DNA from: Eledone cirrhosa
Taxonomy: Eukaryota
NCBI GenBank assembly: GCA_964016885.1
Contig: OZ024743.1
Span: 124,868,001 to 124,932,000, forward strand
DNA length: 64,000 nucleotides
Direction: 5' to 3'
Under the pieces are notes generated by a model, which saw only the letters and a program-made list of their open reading frames with translations, ran no database searches and was not told the origin of the DNA. Positions 27,349 to 40,538 of this stretch are shown here, in pieces (within the stretch, counting starts at the first letter, position 1; every line of letters starts with the position of its first letter). A program made the position numbers and the translations under genes.

Positions 27349-27486
27349 CTTCTACCTGGAGTTGTGACCGATAGATAGTATTAGCAATTGGAAAGACCAA
27401 TGGAAACATTGTTTCCTCGGTCCGATTTGACGAAAGTCGATCGTCTAAAAGAAATATTTATATGTATATATATATGTATATATATA

Positions 27487-28500
27487 AAGCACTCACTGTA
27501 AACACAGAGTCAAAGTGCGGTCCACGCACTTGCGACAGGTTTAGAAAAGAACTCACAGCCTTCTTTAAAGGCTTCAAACTCTTCATACAGGTTGAGGCCA
27601 ACCTCTTAGCCGTTAATTACCTCGACGTTACCCTCAATTTGTTGAATGGCTTGTTCCACCCGTATAGAAAGCCGAATGATACGCTTAATTACATAAGTAA
27701 GTGCTCTAACCATCCTGCCAGTATAACCAAGAACCTGGTAAGAAACGTTTCTTTGAGGCTTTCCCGTCTATCTACAAATGAGCATATTTTCGCCGACCAT
27801 TCCACATATTACAATGACGCTCTTGCTCAGAGTAGATTTGTCGATAAGGTAGCATATACAGAGTATGAGCAGAGACCTAGGAAAAATAGATCCCGACACA
27901 TTATATGGTATAACCCACCATATAATATGGATGTGGCCACACCATTAGCTAAGATCTTTCTCTCCCTTATTAAGAAGCATTTCCCCTCAGCACATAAATA
28001 TAATAACATTTTTAATAGAAATACCATTAAAATATCTTACTCTACGACTCCTAACTTTGCACATAACATCACTGCTTCAAAATTAGCTAAGTTACCTAGC
28101 CGTAGGAACATGTACAACCCTGTAGCTAGCACTAACTGTAATTGTAGAAAAACCCACGTCTAGTAGGGCCTACATAGGATTAACCGCCAATAGATTCAAG
28201 CAGCATCTTTACATGCACACCCATTCTTTTCTTAACCCTTTAAGAAGGAATATGGCATCACTTTCAGTTTATATCTAGAGTCTAAAAGACAACCACACCC
28301 AATATAGGTTACACTGGGAGATCCTAGATAAACCCAGATCATATAACGGAAGTAAAAGACCATGCAATCTTTGCGCCGCTGAAGCCCTGGAAATAATCTA
28401 CGCCTATGATCACATCTTAAACAAAAAATCTGTGGCAAATTCGGCTTGTAAACACAAATTGCATAAAACTTTCCAGTATTACAGCCCCACATTATACCCT
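27487..28500 (+). mobile_element. 5'-truncated Penelope-like element (RT C-terminus + GIY-YIG), disrupted
   Basis: VNYLDVTLNL..PYRKPN..SNHP, IIWYNPPY, NCNC; downstream YIGLTANRFKQ...WEIL...CNLC. Confidence 0.85.
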
Positions 28501-29342
28501 AATCGATAGTACGAAGAATACAAAGAAAATATACGTCTTGATGTGGTAGCTAAGTATATTTTATGTTTATACCATTACTTATTTGTATAGGTAAGTATAC
28601 CCATATGTTTTGTGAAGGTACGTATACATTCTCGTACGTATATATGCTTGTATTTGTTATAGTTGTATATATTATATTATATATACTGGTATATGTGTAT
28701 ATGGTTATGTGTATATCTGTATTTTGTGTTTGTGTGTGTATGTGTTTGCACGTATGTAAGGTGTGTACATTCTGTTTTGGTTTACGTACGTTTGGTGAAC
28801 ATATGTGCATTTACCTGTAGGTATGTGTGAGCATGTGTTATATATGTATTTATGTGTGTATATGTATATACGTTTATATAATTATATGTATATACACACA
28901 CGCACACATATATATATTTTTATGTGTATTTGGTGCATACATTCATATGTGTGCGGGTACATGAGTCGCGCGGGTTTATGTATGTGCGTGCGTGTGTGTG
29001 TGTATATATGTATATATATATATAAATACATCTTGCTTGATGGGAATAGGATCACCTAGTTCAACAATCCAGAGGCGTCATCAGGCATAGAACCAACCAT
29101 ATCACCAGTGCCCCCCGTCGTTATCTTGTGTGCAGCCTGCAGCTGCTGAAACAAATGAGAGTAAGGCCCTGGTAGGTTGATCTAGCGGGAGCGGGAGGCA
29201 GAGGATCTGTGGATCCTCTTTGCCCGGGTCAAGAACAGAAAGAACCGATGCGTTGTAGATATGGAGCTTCATCTTCGGAAGTCACAAGATATTTCAATAA
29301 TGAGACGGAGGGCAGAAATATAGTTAGCAGTACATCGATTTG

Positions 29343-29385
<43 letters not shown>

Positions 29386-29412
29386 GTATATATATATGTA
29401 TATATATCTATC

Positions 29413-29464
<52 letters not shown>

Positions 29465-29465
29465 G

Positions 29466-29547
<82 letters not shown>

Positions 29548-29549
<2 letters not shown>

Positions 29550-29886
29550 CATCATCATTTCATTTTACGTCCACTTTTCCCTGCTTGCAAGGGTAGGACG
29601 GGAACTGATTCTGGCTTGATTTCTACAGCTGGATGCCCTTCCTAACACCAACCTCATTTACAGTGAGTGCTGGGTGCTTTTTTGCCATGGCACCTCCACG
29701 ACCACTTTGCAGTGGAATGATAGGGACCCCAGTCCCTATCATCTCATTTCTACAGCTGAGTAAACTGGAGCAATGTGAAATAAAGTGTCTTGCTCAAGGA
29801 AACAACACATCACCCAGTATGAGAATTGAACTCACAACCTTTCGATTGGAAGGCCAATGCTCTAACCACTAAGCCATGTGCCTCCA
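29548..29886 (-). mobile_element. Full-length CORE-type tRNA SINE
   Basis: Reverse complement of 6872-7200. Confidence 0.85.
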
Positions 29887-30380
29887 ATTCCGACCTCACA
29901 CACTTACACCTCACCAAGACAATGTCACTGGACCGAGACCTTTGGCGGTACTCAGTAATAGAGCAGACCCGCCTTACCTAAATACAAAGTAAAACCTACT
30001 ACAGTCAGTAGGCATCTCTAACAAAATACACCCCCGTCCCACCACCCCCACCCCATCCACACCACCCCTTTCAATGTAAAGTTATGTTGGTGCCACAACA
30101 TCCAGGCCGAAACAAATGAGATTGTGTAGGTGTCACGTCAAAAAAACACACAGTTCACGCTGTAATGTGGCCGTGTAGGCAACACGGTAAAAACCTCCCA
30201 GCCCCACACTGTAAATGTGGTTGGTGTTAGGAAGGGCATCCAACTGTAGAAAACCCGCCAGATAGTCCTATGCGAGCAAGATAACCACTCTTGCCTCAAG
30301 TGGGAAAACCCCCGTCCAAACCCATGCAAGCGTGGAACACGGACGTTAAACGATGATGAGGATGATGGTGATGATGATGA
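29886..30380 (+). mobile_element. RTE LINE 3' end (ORF tail + 3' UTR)
   Basis: Matches 16035-16547; (GAT)n tail. Confidence 0.85.
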
Positions 30381-30547
30381 AAAGTAATTGATATAAGAAC
30401 ATATATATATACATATATACATATATATATATACATATATATGCATATATATACATATATATATACATATATACATATATACATATATATATATACATAT
30501 ATATACATATATATACATATATACATACATATATATGCATACATATA

Positions 30548-30587
<40 letters not shown>

Positions 30588-30639
30588 TATATAAACATAT
30601 ATATATACATATATAAACATATATATATATACATATATA

Positions 30640-30690
<51 letters not shown>

Positions 30691-30887
30691 TTATATATAC
30701 ATATATATATACATATATGTATACATATATATATATATATACATGTATATATATATATACACATGTAAATACATATATATATACATGTATATATATATAT
30801 ACACATGTAAATACATATATATATACATGTATATATATACGTATATATATACATATATGTATATATACGTATATATATACATATATG

Positions 30888-30982
<95 letters not shown>

Positions 30983-30985
<3 letters not shown>

Positions 30986-31102
30986 AACCAGTAAGACCCC
31001 GACAGCTGAGCTCAAGCCGTTTCGACGGCTAATTCTACTACCTCAAGTATTGAGTACTTTGGTGCGTTATGGTCCACCTGGTTCCTTACCACATTTCCTT
31101 CG

Positions 31103-31105
<3 letters not shown>
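30983..31105. repeat. Small dispersed bipartite element with internal inversion (also 58195-58250 and 58903-59078)
   Basis: GGAACCAGTAAGACCCCGACAGCTGAGCTCAAGCCGTTTCG module joined to an inverted ATAACGAAGGAAATGTGG module; flanked by TA. Confidence 0.7.
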
Positions 31106-31141
<36 letters not shown>

Positions 31142-32379
31142 CCACCCTTGCAAACAGGGGAAAGCGGACGTAAAATGATGATGACATATATACATATAAC
31201 GGCGATGAATTTGTTTTGCAAAGTTTTTGATATGAAATCGTGTGTCGAAACAAATATTGTTATACATGGGGAGGGTCATGTTGTAATAATATTGCCAGAA
31301 ATAATAACAGAACACACTGTTTGGTTGGTTTTCGCTTCTGCATCTTTTATATCTCCATAGTTAATTTATTTGGCAATCAATGTGTATCATTGACTGACCA
31401 ACGGTTAACATACAGATATAAATATATATATATATAGTCTAACAAAGTTCTTTCATTGAACATTTGTAACATCATCAGTAGTACTATTTTCATGTTTCCT
31501 CCTATTGTGTTGTATTGTAATATTCACGCCATTTTTATTTTATTTATTTATTTATTTATTTATTTATTTTTGTCTCCGTCTCTGTGCATGCGTTTGCGTG
31601 TGTGTATAATGTTTGGTGTGTTTGGGTGTATGTGTTTTGGTTTTTGTATTCTATCTTTGTTTACTAATGTGTGTTTATATATGTGTTTGCTGTTATTGTA
31701 CTTGTGTTTAACTTTGGTTTTCTAAGCCCTATTTCGCTCAACTTCTCTCATTTGCTTACCTGTTGGGTCATTTCTATGTTTAGATATTATTTTAATTTCT
31801 ATGTTGCCTATATTACCGTCATGTTTTTGTCTGGCATGTTCGTATAGTACTGAACCATTTTTTTGTCCTTTTAATTACCCCCAGTGTTGGTCTATTCTTT
31901 CTCCTATGCTTCGAGCTGTCTCACCTATGTATGTCGTTGTCATGTTTCAGCAGGTACCCTCTGTACATCTTATGCTATAGACTACATTTCTAGTTTTACA
32001 ATTTATCTGGTGGTTCACTTTACATATAACACATTTCTTATTAGTACAGTGGGTTTTCTTAAAAGGGTATGTTTTGCTGATCAGGGATTTTACGGAAGTT
32101 CCTGGCTTTTCTACCACTTTAATCTTTAAGTGGGTTTTTGTTAGGGCCTTTCTACATTGGTTAGCTAATTTCCCCCCAGGGGTAGCATCCATGAACATAA
32201 CACTCTGGTATCTCTGGTTGTCGTACCATGAGGTGGCTTTCCCTATCTTATGTTTAGTCCTATCTAAACTATTCCATGATTTGCTCCTGTATAATAGGAA
32301 AATTCTTCTCATGTCCATTTCTATGAGGGTCTTATACTTCTCCATGGCTCCTTTGTACTCTGATTCTGTCTCTTTGGTT

Positions 32380-34700
32380 CAGATGAACAAAATTTATCCC
32401 ATTAAATTACCTTTTAATAAAAGAGTTTGTACACCACAACAAATAGATGACGAAACAGAGGCACAGTTTACCATAGCTAGAAATAAACTTAGACAAATAG
32501 TAGACCGATATACTAAGAGACAAAGTAGACCAGAAATCCAACAACTTGGAAGGAAACCTGTAGAAGGCCTAGTAAGCCTCAAGCAGTGCACAAGGGATGG
32601 TGAGATAGTATGTCTACCCACAGATAAATCTGGTAGGATGTCAATAGACAGCATGCCAAACTACATCAAGGCTATGCAACCCCCCATCATCAACACGAGC
32701 GAAACAACACAACAAACACATGAGGGGAGAAAGAAGATCCTCAATGCTCACATAATGATGAGGACCGACATCCTAAAGCCAAGCAGACACACTGCCAACA
32801 ACTTCCAGGCGTCTAACAATGACATACCACCCTTGTATGGGCTCCGCAAAGACCATAAGACAGCCAACGACCCGACGACAGGACCACCAACAAAACCTGT
32901 ATGCGGAGCCAATATTGCTAGCAACTACAGGATCTCTTGCTTCCTCTCGATGGTTATACGCCCCATAATTAAGATGTCCCCAGATATATGGGACAGTACA
33001 GAGGACCTCCTCAAGAGAATCAATGAGTGCAACAAAAGCAAAAACTTATCTAATTGCATAATAGGCAGTATGGATGTAGTATCTCTGTACCCATCCATTA
33101 ACATTGATTTTTCTGTGGAAAAATGTGTGGAAATAATCAATGAGAGCGAGGTGGAGTTCTGCGATGTCGACACAGATGAACTGGGCCTCCTACTTAGACT
33201 TACTTATGACACCGAGTACCTAGATACCATGACATTAACTGTTTCTGCCCCAGTAGACCCATAAAAGGTAGACCCCCCCCCACCACCATAACCTCAATGG
33301 CAAAAAGACCCCCATGGGAAGGTGGAATGGATGGACCAAAGCCATACGGACACCCCAAAACAATGATCACGTGAGAAAAATGGTCGCGCATGCAATAGGG
33401 CTAGTATTAAAACTTCCCTAAAGGGCCATATGTTTAAATTCAATGAAAAGATCAACAACCAGAATGAGGGAGCAGCCATTGGCGTCAGCATAGCTGGTGA
33501 TGTTGCCAATCTATTTATGGTATGGTGGGAAAGGAGACTCAAAGATCTCCTTGAAGAGAGCTCCATAGACCTTGTCATATACTTTTGTTACATAGACGAT
33601 ATTAATATAGTAATAAGAACACCCCCACAAGAGAGTACAAATGAACATGATTTAGAATATAGCACAATGGAAAGCATCCAGCAGATAGCTAACTCCATAC
33701 ACCAGAGTATAACTGTAACTGTTGACTACCCTTTCAAACACCCTAACAATAGACTACCTGTATTAGACACGGAACTCTGGATTAACACTATAAACGAGAG
33801 GGCCCAAATTCTCCACTCACGCTATGCTAAACCCATGGCCTCCAAATACCTGATACTCAAAAACTCAGCAATGTCCAGTAGTGCTAAGTTTAATATTCTG
33901 ATTGCAGACTTGGTACGAGTGATGAAGAATGTGTCCCGCATGTGCGACCTAACAGAAATGGAAAGACACATCCAACACTTCATCAACCGCATGCAGTTCT
34001 CTGGCTACAACCAAAGAGACAGAATCAGAGTATACAAAGGAGCCATGGAGAAGTATAAGACCCTCATAGAAATGGACATGAGAGGAATTTGCCCATTATA
34101 CAGGAGCAAATCATGGAATAGCTTAGATAGGACAGAACATAAGATAAGGAAAGCCACCTCATCGTAAGACAACTAGAGATTCCAGAGTGTCATGTTCATG
34201 GATGCTACCCCTGGGGGGAAATTAGCTAACCAATGTAGAAAGGCCCTAACAAAAACCCACTTAAAGATTAAAGTGGTAGAAAAGTCAGGAACTTCCGTAA
34301 AATCCCTGATCAGCAAAACATACCCCTTTAAGAAAACCCACTGTACTAATAAGAAATGTGTTATATGTAAAGTGAACCACCAGATAAACTGTAAAACTAG
34401 AAATGTAGTCTATAGCATAAGATGTACAGAGGGTACTTGCTGAAACATGACAACAACATACATAGGTGAGACAGCTCGAAGCATAGGAGAAAGAATAGAC
34501 CAACACTGGGGGGAATTAAAAGGACAAAAAAATGGTTCAGTACTATACGAACATGCCAGATAAAAACATGACGGTAATATAGATAACATAGAAATTAAAA
34601 TAATATCTAAACATAGAAATGACCCAACAGGTGGGCAAATCAGAGAAGCGAGCGAAAGAGAGCTTAGAAAACCAAAGTTAAACAGAAAATACGAATGGAA
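32380..34700 (+). pseudogene. PLE ORF (RT + GIY-YIG), frameshifted
   Basis: Segments of ORFs 32074-33264, 33430-34167 and 34192-34443, continuing in frame after the TGA. Confidence 0.85.
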
Positions 34701-34985
34701 TAACAACAACCATACCCAAACAAACAATACTGAGTTAAGAGTAATATAAATAAATAAATAAATATATACACAAGTACAATAACAACAAACACATATAAAC
34801 ACACACTAGTAAACAAAGATGGAATACAAAAACCAAAACACAAACACACAAACGCGAACACACACACCAAACATTATACACACACGCAAACGCATGCACA
34901 GAGACGGAGACATAAATAAATAAATAAATAAAATAAAAATGACGTGAACATTACAATACAACACAATAGGAGGAAACATGATAAT

Positions 34986-35035
34986 TGTACCACTGATGAT
35001 GTTGCAGAAGTGCAACGAAAGAACTTTGTTAGACT
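34986..35035 (+). ncRNA. Hammerhead-like motif in the PLE 3' region (degenerate)
   Basis: CTGATGA t GTTGCA gaag TGCAAC GAAA gives a perfect stem II; stems I and III are poor; degenerate mirror at ~31435-31485. Confidence 0.45.
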
Positions 35036-35226
35036 ATATATATATATACTTATATCTGAATTTTTAACCGTTGGTCAGTCAATGATAAACATCGATTGCC
35101 AAATAAATTAACTATGGAGATATAAAAGAAGCAGAAGCGAAAACCAACCAAACAGTGAGTGTGTTCTGTTATTATTTCTGGTAATATTATTACAACAATA
35201 TGACCCTCCCCAATTATAACAACATA

Positions 35227-35340
<114 letters not shown>

Positions 35341-35394
35341 TATACATATATATATATATATACATATATATACATATATATATATATATATAGT

Positions 35395-35887
35395 TGTAGA
35401 ACACTGGAAGGTAATATCCATAGTGGTAGAGCACTCAGTCCATGGGACAAGTTAGTCTTAGATTCTTCCGCACCGTTCGCCGCTCGAGCAGTCAGTACTC
35501 GCCACCGGTCACGATCAGCGGCAACTTTTTCGAAACCGTGCCAGGTGATAGCGACTGCTACCAGGTCCTTCCGGAACGAACTTCGCAATGTGATCCTTGG
35601 GAAACCCCGCCTCCGTTTACCACCAGGCGGAGTCCAGTTCATCGCTGTTTTCGAATGCCGTTCATTTGGCAGACGCAGAATATGGCCAGCCAGACGGCAC
35701 CGACGCTCCGTGACCACTCTCTCTAGCGTCCACGACTCGGCTCTCCGCAGGATCTCCTTGTTTCACACTCGGTCGTGCCAGGACACACGAAGGATCTTTC
35801 GCAGGCACCGCTGGTGGAAAGCGTTCAGCCGTCTCTCTTTTTTTGCCGTATTCTTCCAGGTCTCGCTCGCATAAAGCACTGTTGGCA
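35395..35887 (-). mobile_element. GC-rich RTE LINE C-terminal fragment, distinct family
   Basis: [28 protein letters not shown]; [31 protein letters not shown]; both ends in (TA)n. Confidence 0.85.
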
Positions 35888-36219
35888 TATATATATATAT
35901 ATATATACATATATATATCATCCTCATCATCATCATCACCGTTTCACGTCCGTTCTTCCTCGCTAGCATGGGTTATATGTATATATACATATTTATATAT
36001 ATGGGATAACAAGTTATTGTTATAGGTAATCCAGTTAGAGGTTATGAGTACTCCGCGTCATGGATAGTTTTAACGTACGGCATTGTTTGACTCAACAAGA
36101 TCTTTCCATAGTTATGCAGCAAGATCGCGGTAATTTCTATGCAGGTTATACTTGGAGTAATAATAGTTAAAGAAAGAAGAGTAACATGGTTGGCTGTACA
36201 ATAAGGGCTTTATTTAAAG

Positions 36220-36328
36220 TACTGACAATTGTTTCGTTGATCAAGTGCATCTAGAGTTCGCTAATCGCTTGAGATTGCGTTAATCGATCTCCAATACATT
36301 GTTTACCTCTGGTCAACACATCAGAGTA
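36220..36328 (-). ncRNA. Variant type I HHR with enlarged stem II in the PLE 3' end (sense copy)
   Basis: Reverse complement of 38794-38902. Confidence 0.55.
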
Positions 36329-36948
36329 TGTATATATGAAAATAATTAACTCGAGGCAAGATTTATATAGAAAAACAGCGTAAAACAAAAACAATAACAT
36401 CAATAATAAAACAGCGTATAATTAATTAAAACAATAACATCAATAATAAGACATGTATGGGTAAATAGATAGAGAAGTTATAGACGTAAAAAGTAAAATA
36501 TAAGATAGGGTACATTAAAAAATAATAAGAAAATGAGGAAATGGAAAATATAAAGAAATAAATGAGTGTGAAAGTGCAAGTGTTAGTAGTTTTTGAGTCA
36601 GTGTTCTTATAAGGATTCGTTGGTGCTAACATGAGAAACTAGATTTGAGATGTAGATAAATATGTGTAGAGGGTCCGATAAAAGAAAAGACAATAAATTG
36701 ATTAATTGATGTATACATGTATTATGTTTATGGGCTAGGGATGACAGGACGTTTGATAAACGCTTGTTGTAAATGTTTTGCTGATTGTTCTATTTTAATG
36801 GGGTTGATGGAGAGAGGGTGGAAGTGTACAGAGATTTATGATCCAGTGACCGGTTGGTAGTTTGATAGCTAATAGTGGTGCGATGGTGTGTATTCTATGT
36901 GTTAAAATTTAGGTGGTTCAGTACTAATTTGGGGATTGCTGGTTCAAA

Positions 36949-37563
36949 TCATGGTGGTTTGAAGTTCGTAAATCTAGTAACTATTTTATGCTTACAGAAA
37001 ATAGATCTTTCTATTTTGCTGTTAAGCAGCATCCTATCGTACCTTAAAATATGTAGTAGTTCCAAATTACAAAGCCCGCAGTGGGACATACCGTTGCTGT
37101 AGGTTTTTGCTACTGATAATTTCGACCAGCTAATCTTATATTCTAGGTTTTTGTCCTTAAGTTGCCAGATTTTATTGGTGAGCGTTGTAGAGTTCTCCAG
37201 TGCATGGTTCTTCATGGAGTGTCTGTGGACGTAACACCTATTCTTAAACTCCCCAGCTGTGGAACCTATGTAGTGCCAGGTAGAGTTGCCTGAATTCACA
37301 GTACACAGGTATACCATACTCAAATCCAGGCATCTATTTCGTAGTGGGCACTTATCTGGTAGGTGGCAATTACAATTTGAGGTTTTATTTTGTGCATGTT
37401 CGTCGTTGCGGTATTGTAAGTTGTTGTGGGTGGGTTGTGATTTAGGCCTATTAATGTTTTGTTGTGATGTGTTCTGATGCGTTTGTGGTTGTGATGTTGT
37501 TATGTGTTTGTGTTTTGTATTTGGTGTTATGGTGCGCATTGGTAGGTTAATTTCTTTAGACAT
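36949..37563 (-). CDS. GIY-YIG endonuclease portion of the PLE
   Basis: MVYLCTV..WHYIGSTAGEFKNR..H..WQLKD..CGLCNLE..LN..CKH. Confidence 0.8.
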   Translation of the reverse strand: MSKEINLPMRTITPNTKHKHITTSQPQTHQNTSQQNINRPKSQPTHNNLQYRNDEHAQNKTSNCNCHLPDKCPLRNRCLDLSMVYLCTVNSGNSTWHYIGSTAGEFKNRCYVHRHSMKNHALENSTTLTNKIWQLKDKNLEYKISWSKLSVAKTYSNGMSHCGLCNLELLHILRYDRMLLNSKIERSIFCKHKIVTRFTNFKPP

Positions 37564-38793
37564 ATTTTTGTGGTTGATCTTACGTATGTGCGATTCTATG
37601 TTGGCTGCAGTAGAGTATGAAAGTTTTAGTTTTACTATTGAAGATTTTATGGTATTTGTGTAGTGTAGGGAAGTGCTTATCTATTAGTTTAAAGAATGTA
37701 GAAGGTAGTTTAGTTTTTATAGAGGAGTTGAATATTGGATTGAACCATAGGTATTTTCTTTCTCTGGATCTTCTATAGTTTTGGGGGGTCCTAATATTAG
37801 TGCTCTGTTTCGGTTATTTTTGGTGCTCGTTGTCTAATTCTATGCTTAGTCCTATGCTTGTTATTTCTGTATGAGCGGGTAGTGTTGATGTCATTAGGTT
37901 TGTTGTTGTTGTCTCTATCTAGTATGCATTTCAGCTTCTCCTTATGTCCAGCCTTATGTAAAGCTATGTTATAATAGTTTGTTAAAAATTTCTAGGTTCA
38001 AAGATAGGCGGGATATTCTGAGGGATATACTATGTGCTATGGAGGTACTTATGGATCGGGGGTGGTTTGAGTTGTAACTAATGTAGGCTAGATTTTCGTT
38101 ATTCTTATGGAAGGGCTCTATTAATCTTGTGTTTAGGTTGAGAGTTACATCTAAAAAATTTGCTTTTTTAGAGTTAAGTTCAAAAGTGATACCTAGGCCT
38201 AGTTTTTTAAAGAATATTTTAATGTTTTTACGTAATCTTTCCATGTTCTGATTATTTAAGTTTTTGGCTAGAAGGAATGTATCGTCTCTATAAATTCCTC
38301 CTTGGAGGTTACTGATTTCCTTATGTAAGTTCTGAGCTATATATATTCCCACCAAGTCCGTTATCTGCGCTGAGTCGTTAGATCCCATTGTGATATCGAA
38401 GCTATTCTGTCTGTTTTTTCGTTTGCAGTAATTATTTTCGAATTAATGATAGTCCTTCTAGCAGCTAGTATTATATTAATTTCGTCCGAGGTAAGGTCCA
38501 AAATTCTTATAAGAACACTGACTCAAAAACTACTAATATCTACTTGCACTCTCACACTCATTTATTTCTTTATATTTTCCATTTCCTCATTTTCTTATTA
38601 TTTTTTAATGTACCCTATCTTATATTTTACTTTTTACTTTTTACATCTGTAACTTCTCTATCTATTTACTATACATGTCTTATTGATGTTATTGTTTTAA
38701 TTATACGTTATTTTGTTATTGATGCTATTGTTTTGATTTTACGCTGTTTTTCTATATAAATCTTGCCTCGAGTTAATTATTTTCATATATACA

Positions 38794-38902
38794 TACTCTG
38801 ATGTGTTGACCAGTGGTAAACAATGTATTGGAGATGGATTGACGCAACCTCAAGCAATTAGCGAACTCTAGATGCACCTGATCAACGAAACAATTGTCAG
38901 TA
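38794..38902 (+). ncRNA. Variant type I HHR with enlarged stem II (inverted copy)
   Basis: tact CTGATGT gttga..~70 nt..tcaac GAAAC AATT GTC agta; palindromic stem III ACAATTGT; core has U where A9 is expected. Confidence 0.55.
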
Positions 38903-39082
38903 CTTTAAATAAAGCCCTTATTGTACAGCCAACCATGTTACTCTTCTTTCTTTAACTATATATATATATATATATTCAGTAGTAAGCAAATCAAGACCAC
39001 AAACTCACATAGAAGACATTAGTCAAAGAGTATCAACATTAAGTGCAGTTTAATATAAAGAAGAGAGAGGGTAATAATGTCA

Positions 39083-39204
39083 GTTTACAATTGTTTCACT
39101 ACTCCATATAATATTTCTGGATCGATCGATGGTAAGATCGTTATTGATTTGATGCGGAGGAAGATAAGTAACATAAGATAATATTATGGAGCAGATCTCG
39201 GAAG
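39083..39204 (-). ncRNA. Degenerate HHR with enlarged stem II in the PLE 3' end
   Basis: Minus: CCGA-GA t CTGCTCCATA ... TATGGAGTAG t GAAAC AATT GTA; homologous to 61887-62007. Confidence 0.45.
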
Positions 39205-40538
39205 AGATAATGAAATTATTAATATATATAAAGTAGAAATAAAAATAAAATAAGAGGGTTACGTGTCCGTAAAGAATCCTCAGATTAGCAGCTCCCTAAA
39301 TGGGGTCCCATGGCACTGGAGAACTCAAGTGTATGGTATAAACAAACATTACATATCTGTCGAGGCTGAAAGTAAACAATGCCGCCTATCGCATAACAAG
39401 ATGGCTTCTTGTAGGAAAACTACCCTATTGTATAGAGATGGGTTTCAAGGGAGGTAACTCCTTGAAAAGCCAAAGGCTCCGGATGAGAGTTGTAATCAAG
39501 ATAATGTAAGGGACGTAGCTTATAGGTGTAGTCACAATGAGATTTGTAACTAAGATAATGCATGGGAGGTAACTTATAGGTGTTTATGTGGTGGACTAAC
39601 GATGTCTTTAGTTTGTTAGTTATAGGGAGGGGCATGATTAAAGGATAGGCTAAGTTGGGTCGAATATTCTGTTAACGAAGGAGCTCGCTCTGCGGTGGTG
39701 GCAGTTGATGACCAACTCATTCCTGTCATTGATGGGGAGTGGCCTTGACAAAGTTATGTGATAGGCCTCGGTAAGACAGAGATCGCAAAAATTTCTTCTC
39801 CCATTAAACGCTCGAGATCTAGCTAAGATATCCCAAGTTAGTGAATGTTCAATGTTGGCTAGTTTAAGGTTTTTAATGAGCCTGGCTAGAGAAGTTGAGC
39901 ATTTATGGCTAGGGTCACGGAAGGAAAATGAGTGCGCATTATAGCGGACCTTAAAGGGGTTAGATGTAGAGCCAATATAAGAGCTAGTAGATGAGGCCGT
40001 TCTAACCATGCACCTATATAGAATATTGGGCGTAAGGCACTGCCCATTAAGCGGGCACGCAGTGGGGTTACGGCAGTTGCAATTACGATTGCGATTAGTA
40101 GGGGTAGGGTTGTTTAAACTATGCGGCTGGTGTGTAGTAATGGGATTGGAGGGGGGAGTTCTGCTACTAGGATGAGTATTGGTATGGTTGCATGGTGTAC
40201 TTATGGTGAGTGGTAGTGCCGCAGGGGGGAGAGTTATATTTTTTTAGTTTATTATGGTTGCCGAATGCGATGTGGCTAGCTAGGTTCGGTGTAGTGGAGG
40301 AGATTTTAATATTGTTTTTATTAAAGAGTTTGTAGTATCTATGGTTAGGGGGGAAGTGTTTAGATAGGATGGAGAAGAAACGTTTAGGGATGTTAGTAGC
40401 TAAATTAGATGAGAGAGGAGAGTTAAGCCAGGTGATTTTTCTAGGCCTGTTACTTCTATGGGGTCTACCAGAACTGGCAGGGGTATTAACAGGGTTATCA
40501 TTGCCAAGGTGTTTGCCAATGGTAAGCCTATTAACCTT

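Larger units (their letters stand above)
36165..38958 (-). mobile_element. Penelope-like element (YRDD-type) with ~450-bp inverted terminal copies
   Basis: RT TMGSNDSAQITDLVGIY..GIYRDD..FLDVTLNL..SNHP; EN CNCH..CPL..C, VYLCTV..YIGSTAGEFK; 36165-36612 is the reverse complement of 38504-38958. Confidence 0.9.

Noticed and set aside
29085-29300. Minus-strand CTGATGA near 29090 as an HHR
   Set aside because: No stem II or GAAA; the nearby minus translation [15 protein letters not shown] suggests a decayed RTE fragment instead
32074-32379. N-terminus of the 396-aa ORF
   Set aside because: It reads through the inverted arm; real RT homology starts at ~32380
34935-34990. SECIS element (ATGA...AA...GA) in the PLE 3' UTR
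   Set aside because: Helix II does not pair, and the mirror copy has ATGG
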